64,000 nucleotides of DNA from an uncultured Akkermansia sp. (GCA_947588735.1 CANQAD010000002.1:2314-66313); one strand, 5' to 3'; shown: positions 41,972-51,916, counted from the stretch's first letter. The notes: a model not told the origin generated them from the sequence alone. Program-made: numbers and translations.

Positions 41972-44128
41972 CTAATCATCGATAAATATGGGTGAAAAAG
42001 GATCCGGACGATGCATGGGCTCACTCGCCGGCGTAACGATCAAATGTCCATCAGAAATATAATACAATTTACGATGTGCGGCAGGTTTACGCAATGTTTT
42101 ATAACACGGGTGAGAAGCTTCGTCCGTGTATCCCGCGTACCGCGGACGATCCAGGAGAATTGTACGCAAGTTTTCGCTCATTTCGCGTTCGTAATGACGG
42201 TCACAACGTTCACGGAACCACTTGCTGAAAGCCGCCTCTGCACGCATGTATTCTTCTGTGGGCTCTAACCACGCGTTGATACGCAGTTTCACGCCAAGTT
42301 TTCTCTTCAGATTGCGGAATGAAAGTATATCCTCCCTCAGCATTGGCGAGAATTTCAATCCATATACGGGCTGATTTTCCTGTCCCTCCATCAACCGCAG
42401 CAATGTGTCATATACGTACGCCTTTGCCAATGCCGGGCACGCAGCTGCATGGACTCGAGTGATGCGTCCCAATATTTCCGGCACATTTGCCCGCAGGAAA
42501 AAGGTAGAGCGCTCAATCTGCGTGGTTGCCATCAATCCGCTGACATCTACCACGCGGATTCTTACCGCCTGAGCGTAGAGGCATTCTTTTCGCTCCTTAG
42601 CAGGTTGGAAACGAGGGTCGAGCTCTGACACTCGAAACCGAAGTTTGTTGTCTTTCGTCACCTCCGGCCTTTCTTCCGTGTAATTCACCTGCCCATCTGG
42701 AGAAATGAGTTCGTAGAGTCTGGTGCGCAGGGCACGGCTTGTGAAGAGGTCTTCCATCAACCCCAGCTGCACCGCGCTGGCCGGGAATTGGGGACCAAAG
42801 GTGGGACCTGCTTCGGTGACAGCTTTCATGATGTATGAAGGATACGGCGCGGGGAGAGCCGCAGGCACACGGTATTTCATACTGCGCATGCGCGCATAAA
42901 GCATCTCCTCCTGGGATCCAAGTGCAGGCAGAATCTTTGCAATGCGTATGGCTGTCGGATAATTCATCGGCTTAAGATCCTCCAACGCTTTAAGGTGCTC
43001 AGCATAACTGCGCGCTGTGCTCAGCAATTTTCCGGCGCGGGTAAGTTGGTCTATATCGCGGAGCATGCCGCTCACACGCGCAAAAGTGTCGCGGTACGGC
43101 ACAATGAGATCCTGATCCAATTCAAGAGCATCTTGGGCGTCACGGAAATCATGCAGTATGGTTGTAAGCTGGCGCTCAGCCTGCTGGAGTGTCTGCTCAT
43201 CTTGCGCTGGTTCTCCCGTAAGATCCGGCATGGGGAAGGATTGCCCAAAGCGAGCCATAGCCTCACTCTTCTGCTTTTCGAAGATTTGACGTACTGGCCG
43301 ACATTGTTCCTCCCATTTCCCCAACAGGCGTGTGGAAAAAGGCATGGGCAACGCTCGTATTCGTCGCAGGACAGAAGCTCGTTCCTCCAAGCTCAAGGAT
43401 GACACGACCTTCAAGTTTTCATAAGCGAGCATTTGTCTCATCATTTCATTGCTGGCGGTTTGCACTCGCTGCTGCCATTTACGAGCATCTGCCACTGCTG
43501 CAGTCACGTCCCGGTGGATCAGCTGGTTAATTCCCGTGTCTGCAGCGCGCAGCAATTCGGTGGTTTTATTCCAATCGGCTGCATTTTGTGCGTCTCGAAG
43601 CCGATGCGCCAGCTCTCCCGCTCGACTGCGCAGAACCAGCAGGATCAGCGCCAGCAAAAGTGCTACCAGTCCCGCTATAACCAGCCGAACCATGCACAAG
43701 CGCGTGTTCTTCTTTTTACGTTTTTTGAGCTCTTTGCTCAATAAGCGGGCGAGCGCTCGCGTGCCTTGCGGCGCGGGTTTCCCTTCTCTCCTGAGGGTAC
43801 GAATGTGAGAGCGTAGCCGCCGCTCCATGTCTTGTAAATCTATCGTATGCGAACGAGAAAGATCCTGGCTTCTGACACAACGCTCCAACATGTCCGTGAT
43901 GCCCTGCTGAGCTTCTTCTATTAATCGCTCCGTGCGCTGTCCTTTGGATTCGACAACGCGTAGGGCTTCCCCATTTTCCAGTCGAGCAAGCTCTTCCGCC
44001 ACCTCAGCATCGTCCGGGTAGCTTTGGCGCATTTCTTGCAATAACCTCCGCACCTGGTCTTCTTGACCGGAGATGGCAACGCGCCGCAATGTGCGCCATT
44101 CGCTTTGTGTGGGGTGTTTCCCTCTCAT
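41972..44128 (-). CDS. Hypothetical single-pass membrane protein (718 aa)
   Basis: Charged helical N-terminus, KKRKKK followed by a TM helix, and a large helical C-terminal part. No recognised motif. Confidence 0.75.
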   Translation of the reverse strand: MRGKHPTQSEWRTLRRVAISGQEDQVRRLLQEMRQSYPDDAEVAEELARLENGEALRVVESKGQRTERLIEEAQQGITDMLERCVRSQDLSRSHTIDLQDMERRLRSHIRTLRREGKPAPQGTRALARLLSKELKKRKKKNTRLCMVRLVIAGLVALLLALILLVLRSRAGELAHRLRDAQNAADWNKTTELLRAADTGINQLIHRDVTAAVADARKWQQRVQTASNEMMRQMLAYENLKVVSSLSLEERASVLRRIRALPMPFSTRLLGKWEEQCRPVRQIFEKQKSEAMARFGQSFPMPDLTGEPAQDEQTLQQAERQLTTILHDFRDAQDALELDQDLIVPYRDTFARVSGMLRDIDQLTRAGKLLSTARSYAEHLKALEDLKPMNYPTAIRIAKILPALGSQEEMLYARMRSMKYRVPAALPAPYPSYIMKAVTEAGPTFGPQFPASAVQLGLMEDLFTSRALRTRLYELISPDGQVNYTEERPEVTKDNKLRFRVSELDPRFQPAKERKECLYAQAVRIRVVDVSGLMATTQIERSTFFLRANVPEILGRITRVHAAACPALAKAYVYDTLLRLMEGQENQPVYGLKFSPMLREDILSFRNLKRKLGVKLRINAWLEPTEEYMRAEAAFSKWFRERCDRHYEREMSENLRTILLDRPRYAGYTDEASHPCYKTLRKPAAHRKLYYISDGHLIVTPASEPMHRPDPFSPIFIDD

Positions 44129-44199
44129 AGTCAGTTTGAGGATCGTAGAGTCAAGGGCCGGATAAGTTTACATTGCATGGGAAAAGAACGATGCACCCC

Positions 44200-44362
44200 C
44201 CTGCGCGTGGCAAAGGCGTCACCGGATTGAACCCTCGTCGTGCGGCGAAACGCATTTGCATTTCCTTGCCCTCGTCCTGTCGTCATGGACGATGATGCAC
44301 CAGACATCCTCAATGTTCTGCTCAGGCAGTTAAAAATATGCAGTTTGTCACCCACGCGTCCG
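44200..44362 (-). ncRNA. Candidate 6S RNA
   Basis: Own promoter TTGACT-17-CATAAT (44396-44368). About 160 nt can fold as one long irregular hairpin: cgcgtgg/ccacgcg, tgagc/gttca next to a central bubble, and tcgtcc/ggacga apical stem. Confidence 0.45.
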
Positions 44363-44403
44363 AGGGCATTATGCCATACCACCTGCGCTTAGTCAAGACG
44401 CAT

Positions 44404-44845
44404 CAGGGCAGCCGCATTAGGAAATGCGGTTGCTATTGACGATTGACGAGTTGCGAATTACGATTTATTGATAATGTGCGTGTTGTGCAGTTTTTTCGAA
44501 TCATGAACGTAGGCAGGAGAGTTCTTGAGAGCCATCATCACGATGACTGCTTGTTGTCATTTTATGATGCGTATCAACGATCATATCAGCCAACAAGGCC
44601 ATTTTCTCCGTTGATGAACTTCTTTCAAATGCGGTTGCTATTGACGATTGACGAGATGCGAATTACGATTTGTTGATCATGTGCGCGTTGTGCAGTTTTT
44701 TTGAACCATGAACGTATGCAGGTTGAGTCTTTAGAGCCACCATCGCGATGACTCCTTGTCGTCATGATTTTTGATGCGTATTAACAATGATATCAGTCAA
44801 CAAGGGCATTTCCTCCGTTGATGAACTTCTTTCAAATGCGGTTGC
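44404..44845 (+). mobile_element. MITE-like family A, head-to-tail dimer
   Basis: Two units of about 207 bp share one aaatgcggttgc junction (44627-38). The last 4 bp of the right TIR are lost. Confidence 0.85.
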
Positions 44846-44902
44846 TCATAATGGGGTCAAAGGCTTGACGCATGTGTGGGAGTCGTGGTACACTGCGCGG
44901 GC

Positions 44903-45802
44903 ATGAAGGCAACCTCGCCGGTCGTTTTTTTCAATCGCTACACACAGCAAACCGAGGAAGAAAAAATCCTCGGCGAACGTTCGCTGCGATGGGTGTATGG
45001 GACAGGCTGCGGTCGAGTGGCGCTTCACCTGTTGATCAAGCGAGGTTTTTTTTCGCGACTTCTGGGTTTTTGGCAGGGTACACGCCGCAGCGCGCGCAGA
45101 ATTCCTGCGTTTATCCGTGACTACCACATCAACACCGAGGAAATGCAGCGGTCTCCCGAGAGTTTTTCCTCCTTCAACGACTTTTTTATCCGCGAACTCA
45201 AGCCGGAGGCGCGTCCCGTCTGCCCTGAACCATACCTTGCTTTGCCAGCGGATGGTCGTCACCGTGCATGGCAGGACGCCTCTGCCATTCACGGCGTGTA
45301 CGTCAAGGGGCAAAAATTTGACTTGCCAGCTTTGTTGTCCAATGCAAAGCTGGCGGAGCGTTTCGTCCACGGACCTCTTTTACTCTCACGTCTTTGTCCG
45401 GTAGATTACCATCGTTTTCATTTTCCGGCAAGTGGTGTAGCGGATGCAGCAGTGCAGTTGCCGGGAGCTCTGGCGAGCGTAGCGCCATTTTGCCTGCGTC
45501 AGAAGCTGGATTGGCTCTGGCGGAACCAGCGGCAGCTCACCATACTGCACACAGAGGAGATTGGGGATGTAGCCATTATTGCTGTCGGTGCCACCGGCGT
45601 GGGATCCATTCATCAAACATACATCCCTGGGAGGCTGGTACACAAGGGTGATGAGCAAGGCTACTTCTGTTTCGGCGGCTCCACCGTCATTTGCCTCTTT
45701 GAGCCGGATCGCTTGCAAATGGATGAGGATCTACTGGAGCAGACCAGGCGCGGCTATGAACTTTACGCGCATACCGGCGATCATTTTGCGCGACGCGCAT
45801 GA
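44903..45802 (+). CDS. psd: Phosphatidylserine decarboxylase proenzyme
   Basis: FSSFNDFFIREL, PADG, RLCPVDYHRFHFP and FGGST self-cleavage motif. Confidence 0.93.
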   Translation: MKATSPVVFFNRYTQQTEEEKILGERSLRWVYGTGCGRVALHLLIKRGFFSRLLGFWQGTRRSARRIPAFIRDYHINTEEMQRSPESFSSFNDFFIRELKPEARPVCPEPYLALPADGRHRAWQDASAIHGVYVKGQKFDLPALLSNAKLAERFVHGPLLLSRLCPVDYHRFHFPASGVADAAVQLPGALASVAPFCLRQKLDWLWRNQRQLTILHTEEIGDVAIIAVGATGVGSIHQTYIPGRLVHKGDEQGYFCFGGSTVICLFEPDRLQMDEDLLEQTRRGYELYAHTGDHFARRA

Positions 45803-47154
45803 GTAGCGTGCTCGCTCTGAACCTCAGTTCTTGCCGTTAGTTCTCCCTCGGACAGGCTGATGTGCAGTTTCGTACCCGCTGGTGCATCCTTAGCACGTCG
45901 CAATAATGCGCCGTCTTCGGTGCGTACCAAAGCAAAGCCACGTTTAAGTACGTGTAACGGACTAGCCGCGGCAAGTCGCTCTTCGTGCACGCGTAAACAA
46001 GCCTTCCATTGATCGGTCCGTGCTCGTGTCCCGACTCGCAACGCACGTAGGGCAGTCTGCAAGCGTTCATTGGCATGCTCCAAAGCGGAACGCAGGCGTC
46101 CCACCTGCAGTCGAGCGCTATGCAAAGCAAGCTGATGAGCCGCAGCTTGCAAGCGCGCGTTGCAGCAGTTGCCCATCTCTTCGTGCAACACATCCAGTCG
46201 TTGCATGAAGGGCTCCAGCAGTTCCTGCGGATGACGCAATTTGCCGCGCTCCAGCACCAGCAAACGCAAACGCGCCGTCTCCAGTGCGCGCGTCATCTGC
46301 TTGCGCAAGGTCAGAGCCTTGCTATCCAACGTTTCCAGCAGAGCAGCAGAATCTGGAGTGGTCAGTTCAATGGCCGCTGTAGGAGTGGGTGCTCGCAAGT
46401 CGGCCACAAAGTCAGCAATGGTAAAATCCGTCTCGTGCCCCACGGCAGACACCACGGGCACGTGGCTGGCGGCTATCGCTCGCGCCAGCACCTCTTCATT
46501 AAAGCACCACAGATCCTCGAGCGAACCGCCGCCACGCGCCAAGATCACAAAATCTACCGGCGGCAAACCAAAACGTTCTGACTCGCTCCACATCTGCACC
46601 GCACGAGCCAACCCATGTTCCGCTCCCTTCCCCTGTACTTGTACGGGCAACAAATAAACCTGCACCCACGGAGCACGCTGTTCCAGACGGTGCCTCATAT
46701 CCTGAATGACAGCTCCAGTGACGGAAGTGATAATCCCGATGCTCTCTGGATAACGCGGCAAGGTTCGCTTGCGCGAGGCAGAAAAAAGCCCTTCAGCCTC
46801 CAGCCTGCGTTTCATCTCCTCAAATTGTTGCTGCAATGAGCCTACTCCCGCCTCTCGAACTCGTTCCACCACAAATTGCAGGGTTCCACGCCCCTCCCAC
46901 ACCGTTGCTCGTCCCACAAGTTCGACGCGCAGTCCCTCAATCAGATGCACACGGCAAGAGGCAGCTTGGTAACGGTAGAACACACAGGCCAGCTGCGCCG
47001 TAGCGTCTTTAAGCGTGAAGTACACATGTCCACTACCCGCCACCTTGCAGGAGCCTATTTCACCCACCACCATTGCTTCGCCCACATCGCATTCTACGGC
47101 GTACTTGAGACGCGCGAGCAGTTGTGTCACACTGCATGGCTCATTTTCACTCAT
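45781..47154 (-). CDS. xseA: Exodeoxyribonuclease VII large subunit
   Basis: SGHVYFTLKD, VQVQG, ARGGGSLEDLWCFN, SAVGHETD and RAPTPTAA. Confidence 0.96.
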   Translation of the reverse strand: MSENEPCSVTQLLARLKYAVECDVGEAMVVGEIGSCKVAGSGHVYFTLKDATAQLACVFYRYQAASCRVHLIEGLRVELVGRATVWEGRGTLQFVVERVREAGVGSLQQQFEEMKRRLEAEGLFSASRKRTLPRYPESIGIITSVTGAVIQDMRHRLEQRAPWVQVYLLPVQVQGKGAEHGLARAVQMWSESERFGLPPVDFVILARGGGSLEDLWCFNEEVLARAIAASHVPVVSAVGHETDFTIADFVADLRAPTPTAAIELTTPDSAALLETLDSKALTLRKQMTRALETARLRLLVLERGKLRHPQELLEPFMQRLDVLHEEMGNCCNARLQAAAHQLALHSARLQVGRLRSALEHANERLQTALRALRVGTRARTDQWKACLRVHEERLAAASPLHVLKRGFALVRTEDGALLRRAKDAPAGTKLHISLSEGELTARTEVQSEHATHARRAK

Positions 47155-47482
47155 GGTCGGGATAGAGGGCGGAATTGGGATCCTGCCAGGAAGGGTCATA
47201 CCCTTTCGCATAGCTAAAAAGGTCGCGATGGATGTAGGTGTACAACTCTGTGTCAGGAGCAACTCGCTGCGCAATTGCCACATTCAGAGCTTCGGTCACC
47301 TTTTGCATCATGTTCAGTGTGAGGCGGCGCCCATCGCGCGCACGCTGGACCTGCTTGTGCGTAAGTTGAACGGATCCACTTACCGCCAGCACCAAATCAT
47401 GACCCCGCAATCCCCAACGATGCAGCAGTACATCCAGTCGTTGCGTGCCGAATTCTCGCTTCAAATTTACCTCTTTGCTCAT
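47147..47482 (-). CDS. Hypothetical protein, possible HTH-like
   Basis: 111-aa ORF tightly packed between the NlpC/P60 gene and xseA (8-bp overlap). Confidence 0.7.
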   Translation of the reverse strand: MSKEVNLKREFGTQRLDVLLHRWGLRGHDLVLAVSGSVQLTHKQVQRARDGRRLTLNMMQKVTEALNVAIAQRVAPDTELYTYIHRDLFSYAKGYDPSWQDPNSALYPDHE

Positions 47483-47485
47483 ACT

Positions 47486-48004
47486 TTAAAAGCCTGGGAT
47501 ATGCCGCACTTTGAATCCAGTGCATCGGCGAGAAGTCGTGTACCACCGCGGTCCCACGCCGCGCCCGCTCCCTGTCGTGTCAAAACGAGCCCCGGCTATG
47601 ATGAGAAACACATGCCCGTGCTTCGCATAAACAGTAAGCCATCTCCCATATCCCGGCCTGCCCCAGCGCAAAAAATCACCGGAGGTGGGATGCGCCCCTT
47701 TCTTGAGCATGCCGGCCTCTCGGAGCACAAAGGCCACGGATCCGGAGCAATCATACGCGCTGTCGTGATGCCGTCCATGGCCACCGCCGCGACGATACGG
47801 TCTGCCTACTATCTTGTTGGCTGCCGCAATAGCCCGCTGAATTCGTTTGGGAGCCTGTTTAGGGGCTATCGCTCTGCCCCTCACCAATCGCACGCTGTAG
47901 CCTTTGTAGTACACATAATTGGGGGTGTACACATCCGGCTCGGTCGTCTGACAACCTGTCAGCACGATCAAGGCAACTATCAGCACTGCCAATACCGTTC
48001 TCAT
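47486..48004 (-). CDS. NlpC/P60-like cell-wall peptidase lipoprotein
   Basis: Lipobox LTGC; GRPYRRGGGH, YDCSGSV and HGHV. Confidence 0.85.
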   Translation of the reverse strand: MRTVLAVLIVALIVLTGCQTTEPDVYTPNYVYYKGYSVRLVRGRAIAPKQAPKRIQRAIAAANKIVGRPYRRGGGHGRHHDSAYDCSGSVAFVLREAGMLKKGAHPTSGDFLRWGRPGYGRWLTVYAKHGHVFLIIAGARFDTTGSGRGVGPRWYTTSRRCTGFKVRHIPGF

Positions 48005-48068
48005 CAAAGCTAACCGTTGTGATTCTATCATACCATGTCCCATCCCGCAAGCTCAATGACCTAATCCT

Positions 48069-48435
48069 CAGGGCAACCGCATTAGGAAATGCGGTTGCTA
48101 TTTACGATTGGCGATTTACGAATTACGATCTACGAATGACGATTTAGGAAGATAGCGAGCCGGAGGCTCGGGAAATGCGGAGCGTGGGCGACAGGGAAGG
48201 GCAGAACCGCGCGCATGACTGGTTAGAAAGCGAAGCGGAACTTTCGAAGGCGAGATGCGATGATCAAGGGGAAGCATCTGAAGTGATGCCATACCGGGTT
48301 GACTGCCTCGATGAATCGTCCATGGTTTGCTGTCTCGTTTGCTTACTTCTTTTGTCCGTAGAAAACACATGCGAAATGGGGTTCAATGATCCCGGAGAAT
48401 ATTTTTATTGGGACACGTGTGGTGCGTTTGCCCTG
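48069..48435 (+). mobile_element. Chimeric A/B element
   Basis: A-type left hairpin/TIR, heptamer tract, B-type interior and right end (gggacacgtgtg), then A-type TIR gtgcgtttgccctg. Confidence 0.82.
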
Positions 48436-48488
48436 CTGCATCTACAAGAAAGCTTGACATGGCAGGGTCGTGTGGTAGATTAGGGAGC

Positions 48489-49235
48489 ATGAGGGCGACA
48501 CGGGAACACGTTGGATTTACGTTGGTAGAGTTGATAGTGGTCATAGCCATTCTGGCGGTGCTGCTGGGTATATCTACTCCGCTGTTATTTAGTTATATGA
48601 ACTCCGGAGATGTTGTAAAATGTCGGGCAAATATTGATCAGCTTGCGAAGTTGGGTATCAAGTATGGGCAGGATATGGCCACGCGTAATCTGTTGCCGAC
48701 AAGTGGAATGGCAGACGATGAGGATACTGAGGAGATGAACGAATCGGATGGTTGGTGGCTCGCACTGGGGCCTGAGCTGGATTCCACTGTGTTGCCCAGC
48801 GACCGCAAGCACAAAATGAAGCTGGCGACTATTTTCCATTGCCCAGGCGACCACCGTGTCACAGTCAGTAACGGTACGCTCATGGAGGCAAGTGCGCGCA
48901 ACGTGTCGTACGTATCGTGGACGGACGGGTCGGAGGATGAAGAGAACCCGAATTCCCAGATCCGCACCCTCGGAAAGAAGCATTTGGATATGCTTCCGTG
49001 GCTCAGCGATGGTAACCCGGAAATTGGCAAGAGCGTGACGAGTTTGAGAGACTTTAATCGCATGGTTATGCCAACTCTGAAGAGGCACAGCAGTACCATC
49101 ATTGTGGCGTATGCCAGCGGAGTGGTGCAGCAGTTCGAAATTGAGGATGATGAGCAGGTGAATGCTGCCAAACTTTTCCACAAAATTAATCCGGAAAAGC
49201 TCATCCCCACGAAGGGAAAGAAGAAGGGGCGCTAA
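48489..49235 (+). CDS. Prepilin-type N-terminal cleavage/methylation domain protein
   Basis: GFTLVELIVVIAILAVLLG, FHCPGD and H-X9-SG near the C-terminus. Confidence 0.88.
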   Translation: MRATREHVGFTLVELIVVIAILAVLLGISTPLLFSYMNSGDVVKCRANIDQLAKLGIKYGQDMATRNLLPTSGMADDEDTEEMNESDGWWLALGPELDSTVLPSDRKHKMKLATIFHCPGDHRVTVSNGTLMEASARNVSYVSWTDGSEDEENPNSQIRTLGKKHLDMLPWLSDGNPEIGKSVTSLRDFNRMVMPTLKRHSSTIIVAYASGVVQQFEIEDDEQVNAAKLFHKINPEKLIPTKGKKKGR

Positions 49236-49246
49236 CTTGGAGGTAT

Positions 49247-50188
49247 ATGAGGCCAGAGCCATTCGAGTGCCCACAAGAACCGGTAGTCCTTGGCCTGAGT
49301 GGGGGGCGGGATTCGGTGGCGCTGCTGCGTATGCTTGCGTTGCATGGGGTTCCTATGCAGGCGTGCCATGTGCATCACGGCATACGCGGGCAGGAGGCAG
49401 ATGAAGATGCGCAATTTTGCCGCGAACTTTGTCGACAATTCAATGTGACTCTTGCGGAATACCGTGTGGATGTGCCCTCCAAGGCAGAACAGAGTGGTGA
49501 ATCACTGGAAACGACAGCACGCCGTGAACGCCGCCGTATTCTTGTTGAGCACGCGCTTAACGAGGGGTTTCGTGCTGTGGCCCTCGCACACCATGCGGAT
49601 GACCAGGCAGAAACCGTGCTTTTCAATTTGGCACGGGGATCTGCGGGGTTGCGCGGTATGCAGCCGAGGCGGCGGGAAGGGGATATTACCTGGCTGCGCC
49701 CCATGCTTGGCATGCGGCGTGCAGCTATCACGGCGTGGCTCCGTGAAATTGGACAAGATTGGCGGGAGGACGCCACTAATGCCGACTTGGCTGCCTCTGT
49801 GCGAAACAGGCTGCGTTTGCGCGTGCTGCCAGCGCTCAGCGAGGCGATGGATCGGGATGTTGTACCGGCGCTGTTACGCGGCGCTCGATTACAGGGGGAG
49901 GTGTGTGCAGCTCTGGAAGCTGCGTTGCAGGTCATGCCGCTTACCGACCCTCAGGGGCGTCTTTACCTGCCGTTTTTGGCGGACAAACCGGTGGAGTTAT
50001 GTTCGGCGGCGTTGCTGCATTACATGAGGCGCTGCGGTGTGCCAAACCTTTCGGAAGCTTGTGTGAGTGAGGTGTACTCGATTTTGTCGGCAGATGCTGC
50101 GAAAAGCTGTTGCAATTTGCCCGGAGGCTTCCGTGCCCGGCGTGCTCACAAACGGCTGGTCATTGAAGCCATCGGCTCTCAAATGTAG
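49247..50188 (+). CDS. tilS: tRNA(Ile)-lysidine synthetase
   Basis: SGGRDS, HVHHGIR, AHHADDQAET, RGS, LRPML, EDATN and RNRLR. Confidence 0.95.
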   Translation: MRPEPFECPQEPVVLGLSGGRDSVALLRMLALHGVPMQACHVHHGIRGQEADEDAQFCRELCRQFNVTLAEYRVDVPSKAEQSGESLETTARRERRRILVEHALNEGFRAVALAHHADDQAETVLFNLARGSAGLRGMQPRRREGDITWLRPMLGMRRAAITAWLREIGQDWREDATNADLAASVRNRLRLRVLPALSEAMDRDVVPALLRGARLQGEVCAALEAALQVMPLTDPQGRLYLPFLADKPVELCSAALLHYMRRCGVPNLSEACVSEVYSILSADAAKSCCNLPGGFRARRAHKRLVIEAIGSQM

Positions 50189-50685
50189 CGCCGTTTGGCA
50201 AAGAGATGCGCACGCTGCGGATCCGCGGCGGTTAAGTGCGCAAAGCCGATGGCAAGCGCGTCTGCTGCGTCCGGGGCGGGAGTTTCACTCAGACCAAGCA
50301 AGGCACGCACCATAAAAGCCACCTGCTCTTTCTGAGCGCTACCGCGTCCCACAACGGCCAATTTGGCACAGCTGGGCGGATATTCCATGATGGGCACGTT
50401 GCGGTCAGCAGCAGCAATGACTGTCGCGGCTCGAGCGGAGCCCATCGTGATGGCGGTGCGATGCGATTGAACGTAGATGATGCCCTCAATGGCAAGCTCA
50501 TCCGGGTGCCATTTGTCAATAAGCGAGAGCACGTGCCGATGTATCTCGAGCAGGCAAGCGCTTTGAAGAAGACTTTCCTTAAGTGAGAGTGTTCCATACT
50601 CCAGAGCATGCGCGGAGTGGTGGTCTCCCTCAATCACAGCGTAGCCTGTGTTACGGATAGCAGGGTCTATGGAGAGCACGCGCAT
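50179..50685 (-). CDS. ruvC: Holliday junction resolvase
   Basis: IDPA..TGY, AIE, KLAVVG.G.A.KEQV and DAADALA. Confidence 0.95.
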   Translation of the reverse strand: MRVLSIDPAIRNTGYAVIEGDHHSAHALEYGTLSLKESLLQSACLLEIHRHVLSLIDKWHPDELAIEGIIYVQSHRTAITMGSARAATVIAAADRNVPIMEYPPSCAKLAVVGRGSAQKEQVAFMVRALLGLSETPAPDAADALAIGFAHLTAADPQRAHLFAKRRYI

Positions 50686-50694
50686 GGCTACGCT

Positions 50695-51894
50695 TTAGTG
50701 CCGACGACGACCGCTGGCGATGGGACGGGGTTTGCGCAGCGGGCGGACGTTTCCATCCAGGAGGGCGGTATAGGCGTAGGGAAAGCCCTCGAGCTTGCGC
50801 CGTTCCACTTTTTGTTTCAGGAATATCTCGATGGACTTGGCAAAGTCAATTTCATCTGCTGTGAGTAGAGTGAAGGCATCACCCTGAGTTTCGGCGCGAC
50901 CTGTTCGACCAATACGGTGAACATAGTCTTCCGGATTTTCCGGCACGCGGTAATTGATAACATGAGACACGCCATTGATGTCAATGCCGCGCGCAGCGAC
51001 ATCAGTGGCTACAAGGATGCGGTATTTATCTTCCTTAAAGCCGCGCAGGGCAGCCATACGTTCCTTCTGCGGGATGTCCGAGTGCATGGCAGTTACTTCA
51101 TGTCCCCAGCCGGCATGAGAAAGCATATTGGAGACCATATCGGCTTCTTTCCTCGTGCGGGTAAAAATCATCATGTTGCTGAAATCAGTTTGCTTCACAA
51201 GTGCAAGCAACAAATCATCACGTTGATCCAGCCCCACCGGATAGAAGGCATGGGAAATGGTGGAAGCAACCTCGCGCCGGGCAATTGCTACCTCGTACGG
51301 GTCGGTGAGGCACCACTTGGCAAAACCCTGTAGCACCTGAGGCATGGTGGCGGAAAAGAAAAGCGTTTGCCGTCCGTCCCACGGGCACAAGTTAACGATT
51401 TTTCGTACGATAGGCAAGAAACCCATGTCCGTCATGCGATCCACCTCATCGAGGACAAGTGTCTTTATTTCTTTGAACTTCATGTTGCCTCGGTAAAAGT
51501 GGTCCACGAGGCGCCCCGGGGTGGCCACTACCACGTCCACTCCTTTTTTCAGGGCCTCTGACTGCTGTCCGTAGCCCACTCCACCGTATAGAACCCCCAC
51601 GGTGACATCGGTGTGTACAGCATAGGTGCGGAAGGCTTCAGCAAGCTGGTCGGCCAGTTCGCGAGTGGGCTCCAACACAAGGATCTGTGGGCGGCCGGTA
51701 TGTTGCATGCGGGAGAGAATGGGCAGAGCAAAGGCAGCTGTTTTACCTGTACCAGTCTGGGAGGCACCAATAACATCGCGTCCGGCGAGCACGTGAGGAA
51801 TAGCCTGTTCCTGGATAGGCGTGGGCGTGGCATAACCGCAATCTCTCACGGCCTGCAGTACAGGCTCAGAGAGTCCTAATTCTTTGAATGTCAT
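50695..51894 (-). CDS. DEAD-box RNA helicase (RhlE-like)
   Basis: PTPIQ, QTGTGKT, PTRELA, DEVD, SAT, ARGID and HRIGRTGR. Confidence 0.93.
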   Translation of the reverse strand: MTFKELGLSEPVLQAVRDCGYATPTPIQEQAIPHVLAGRDVIGASQTGTGKTAAFALPILSRMQHTGRPQILVLEPTRELADQLAEAFRTYAVHTDVTVGVLYGGVGYGQQSEALKKGVDVVVATPGRLVDHFYRGNMKFKEIKTLVLDEVDRMTDMGFLPIVRKIVNLCPWDGRQTLFFSATMPQVLQGFAKWCLTDPYEVAIARREVASTISHAFYPVGLDQRDDLLLALVKQTDFSNMMIFTRTRKEADMVSNMLSHAGWGHEVTAMHSDIPQKERMAALRGFKEDKYRILVATDVAARGIDINGVSHVINYRVPENPEDYVHRIGRTGRAETQGDAFTLLTADEIDFAKSIEIFLKQKVERRKLEGFPYAYTALLDGNVRPLRKPRPIASGRRRH

Positions 51895-51916
51895 GATTGT
51901 GCAATCTGATAAGATT

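Noticed and set aside
44215-44245. tRNA suggested by ggttcaatcc
   Set aside because: No cloverleaf, D-arm or anticodon arm can be formed. The motif fits the 6S-like hairpin better.
44131-44382. 83-aa minus-strand ORF
   Set aside because: Its start lies inside the promoter spacer and it has no protein-like features. The region is better explained as structured RNA or leader.
44404-44845. Possible CRISPR array (recurrent palindromic ~30-bp unit)
   Set aside because: The sequence between palindromes is conserved rather than unique spacers, copies are dispersed, and there are no cas genes.
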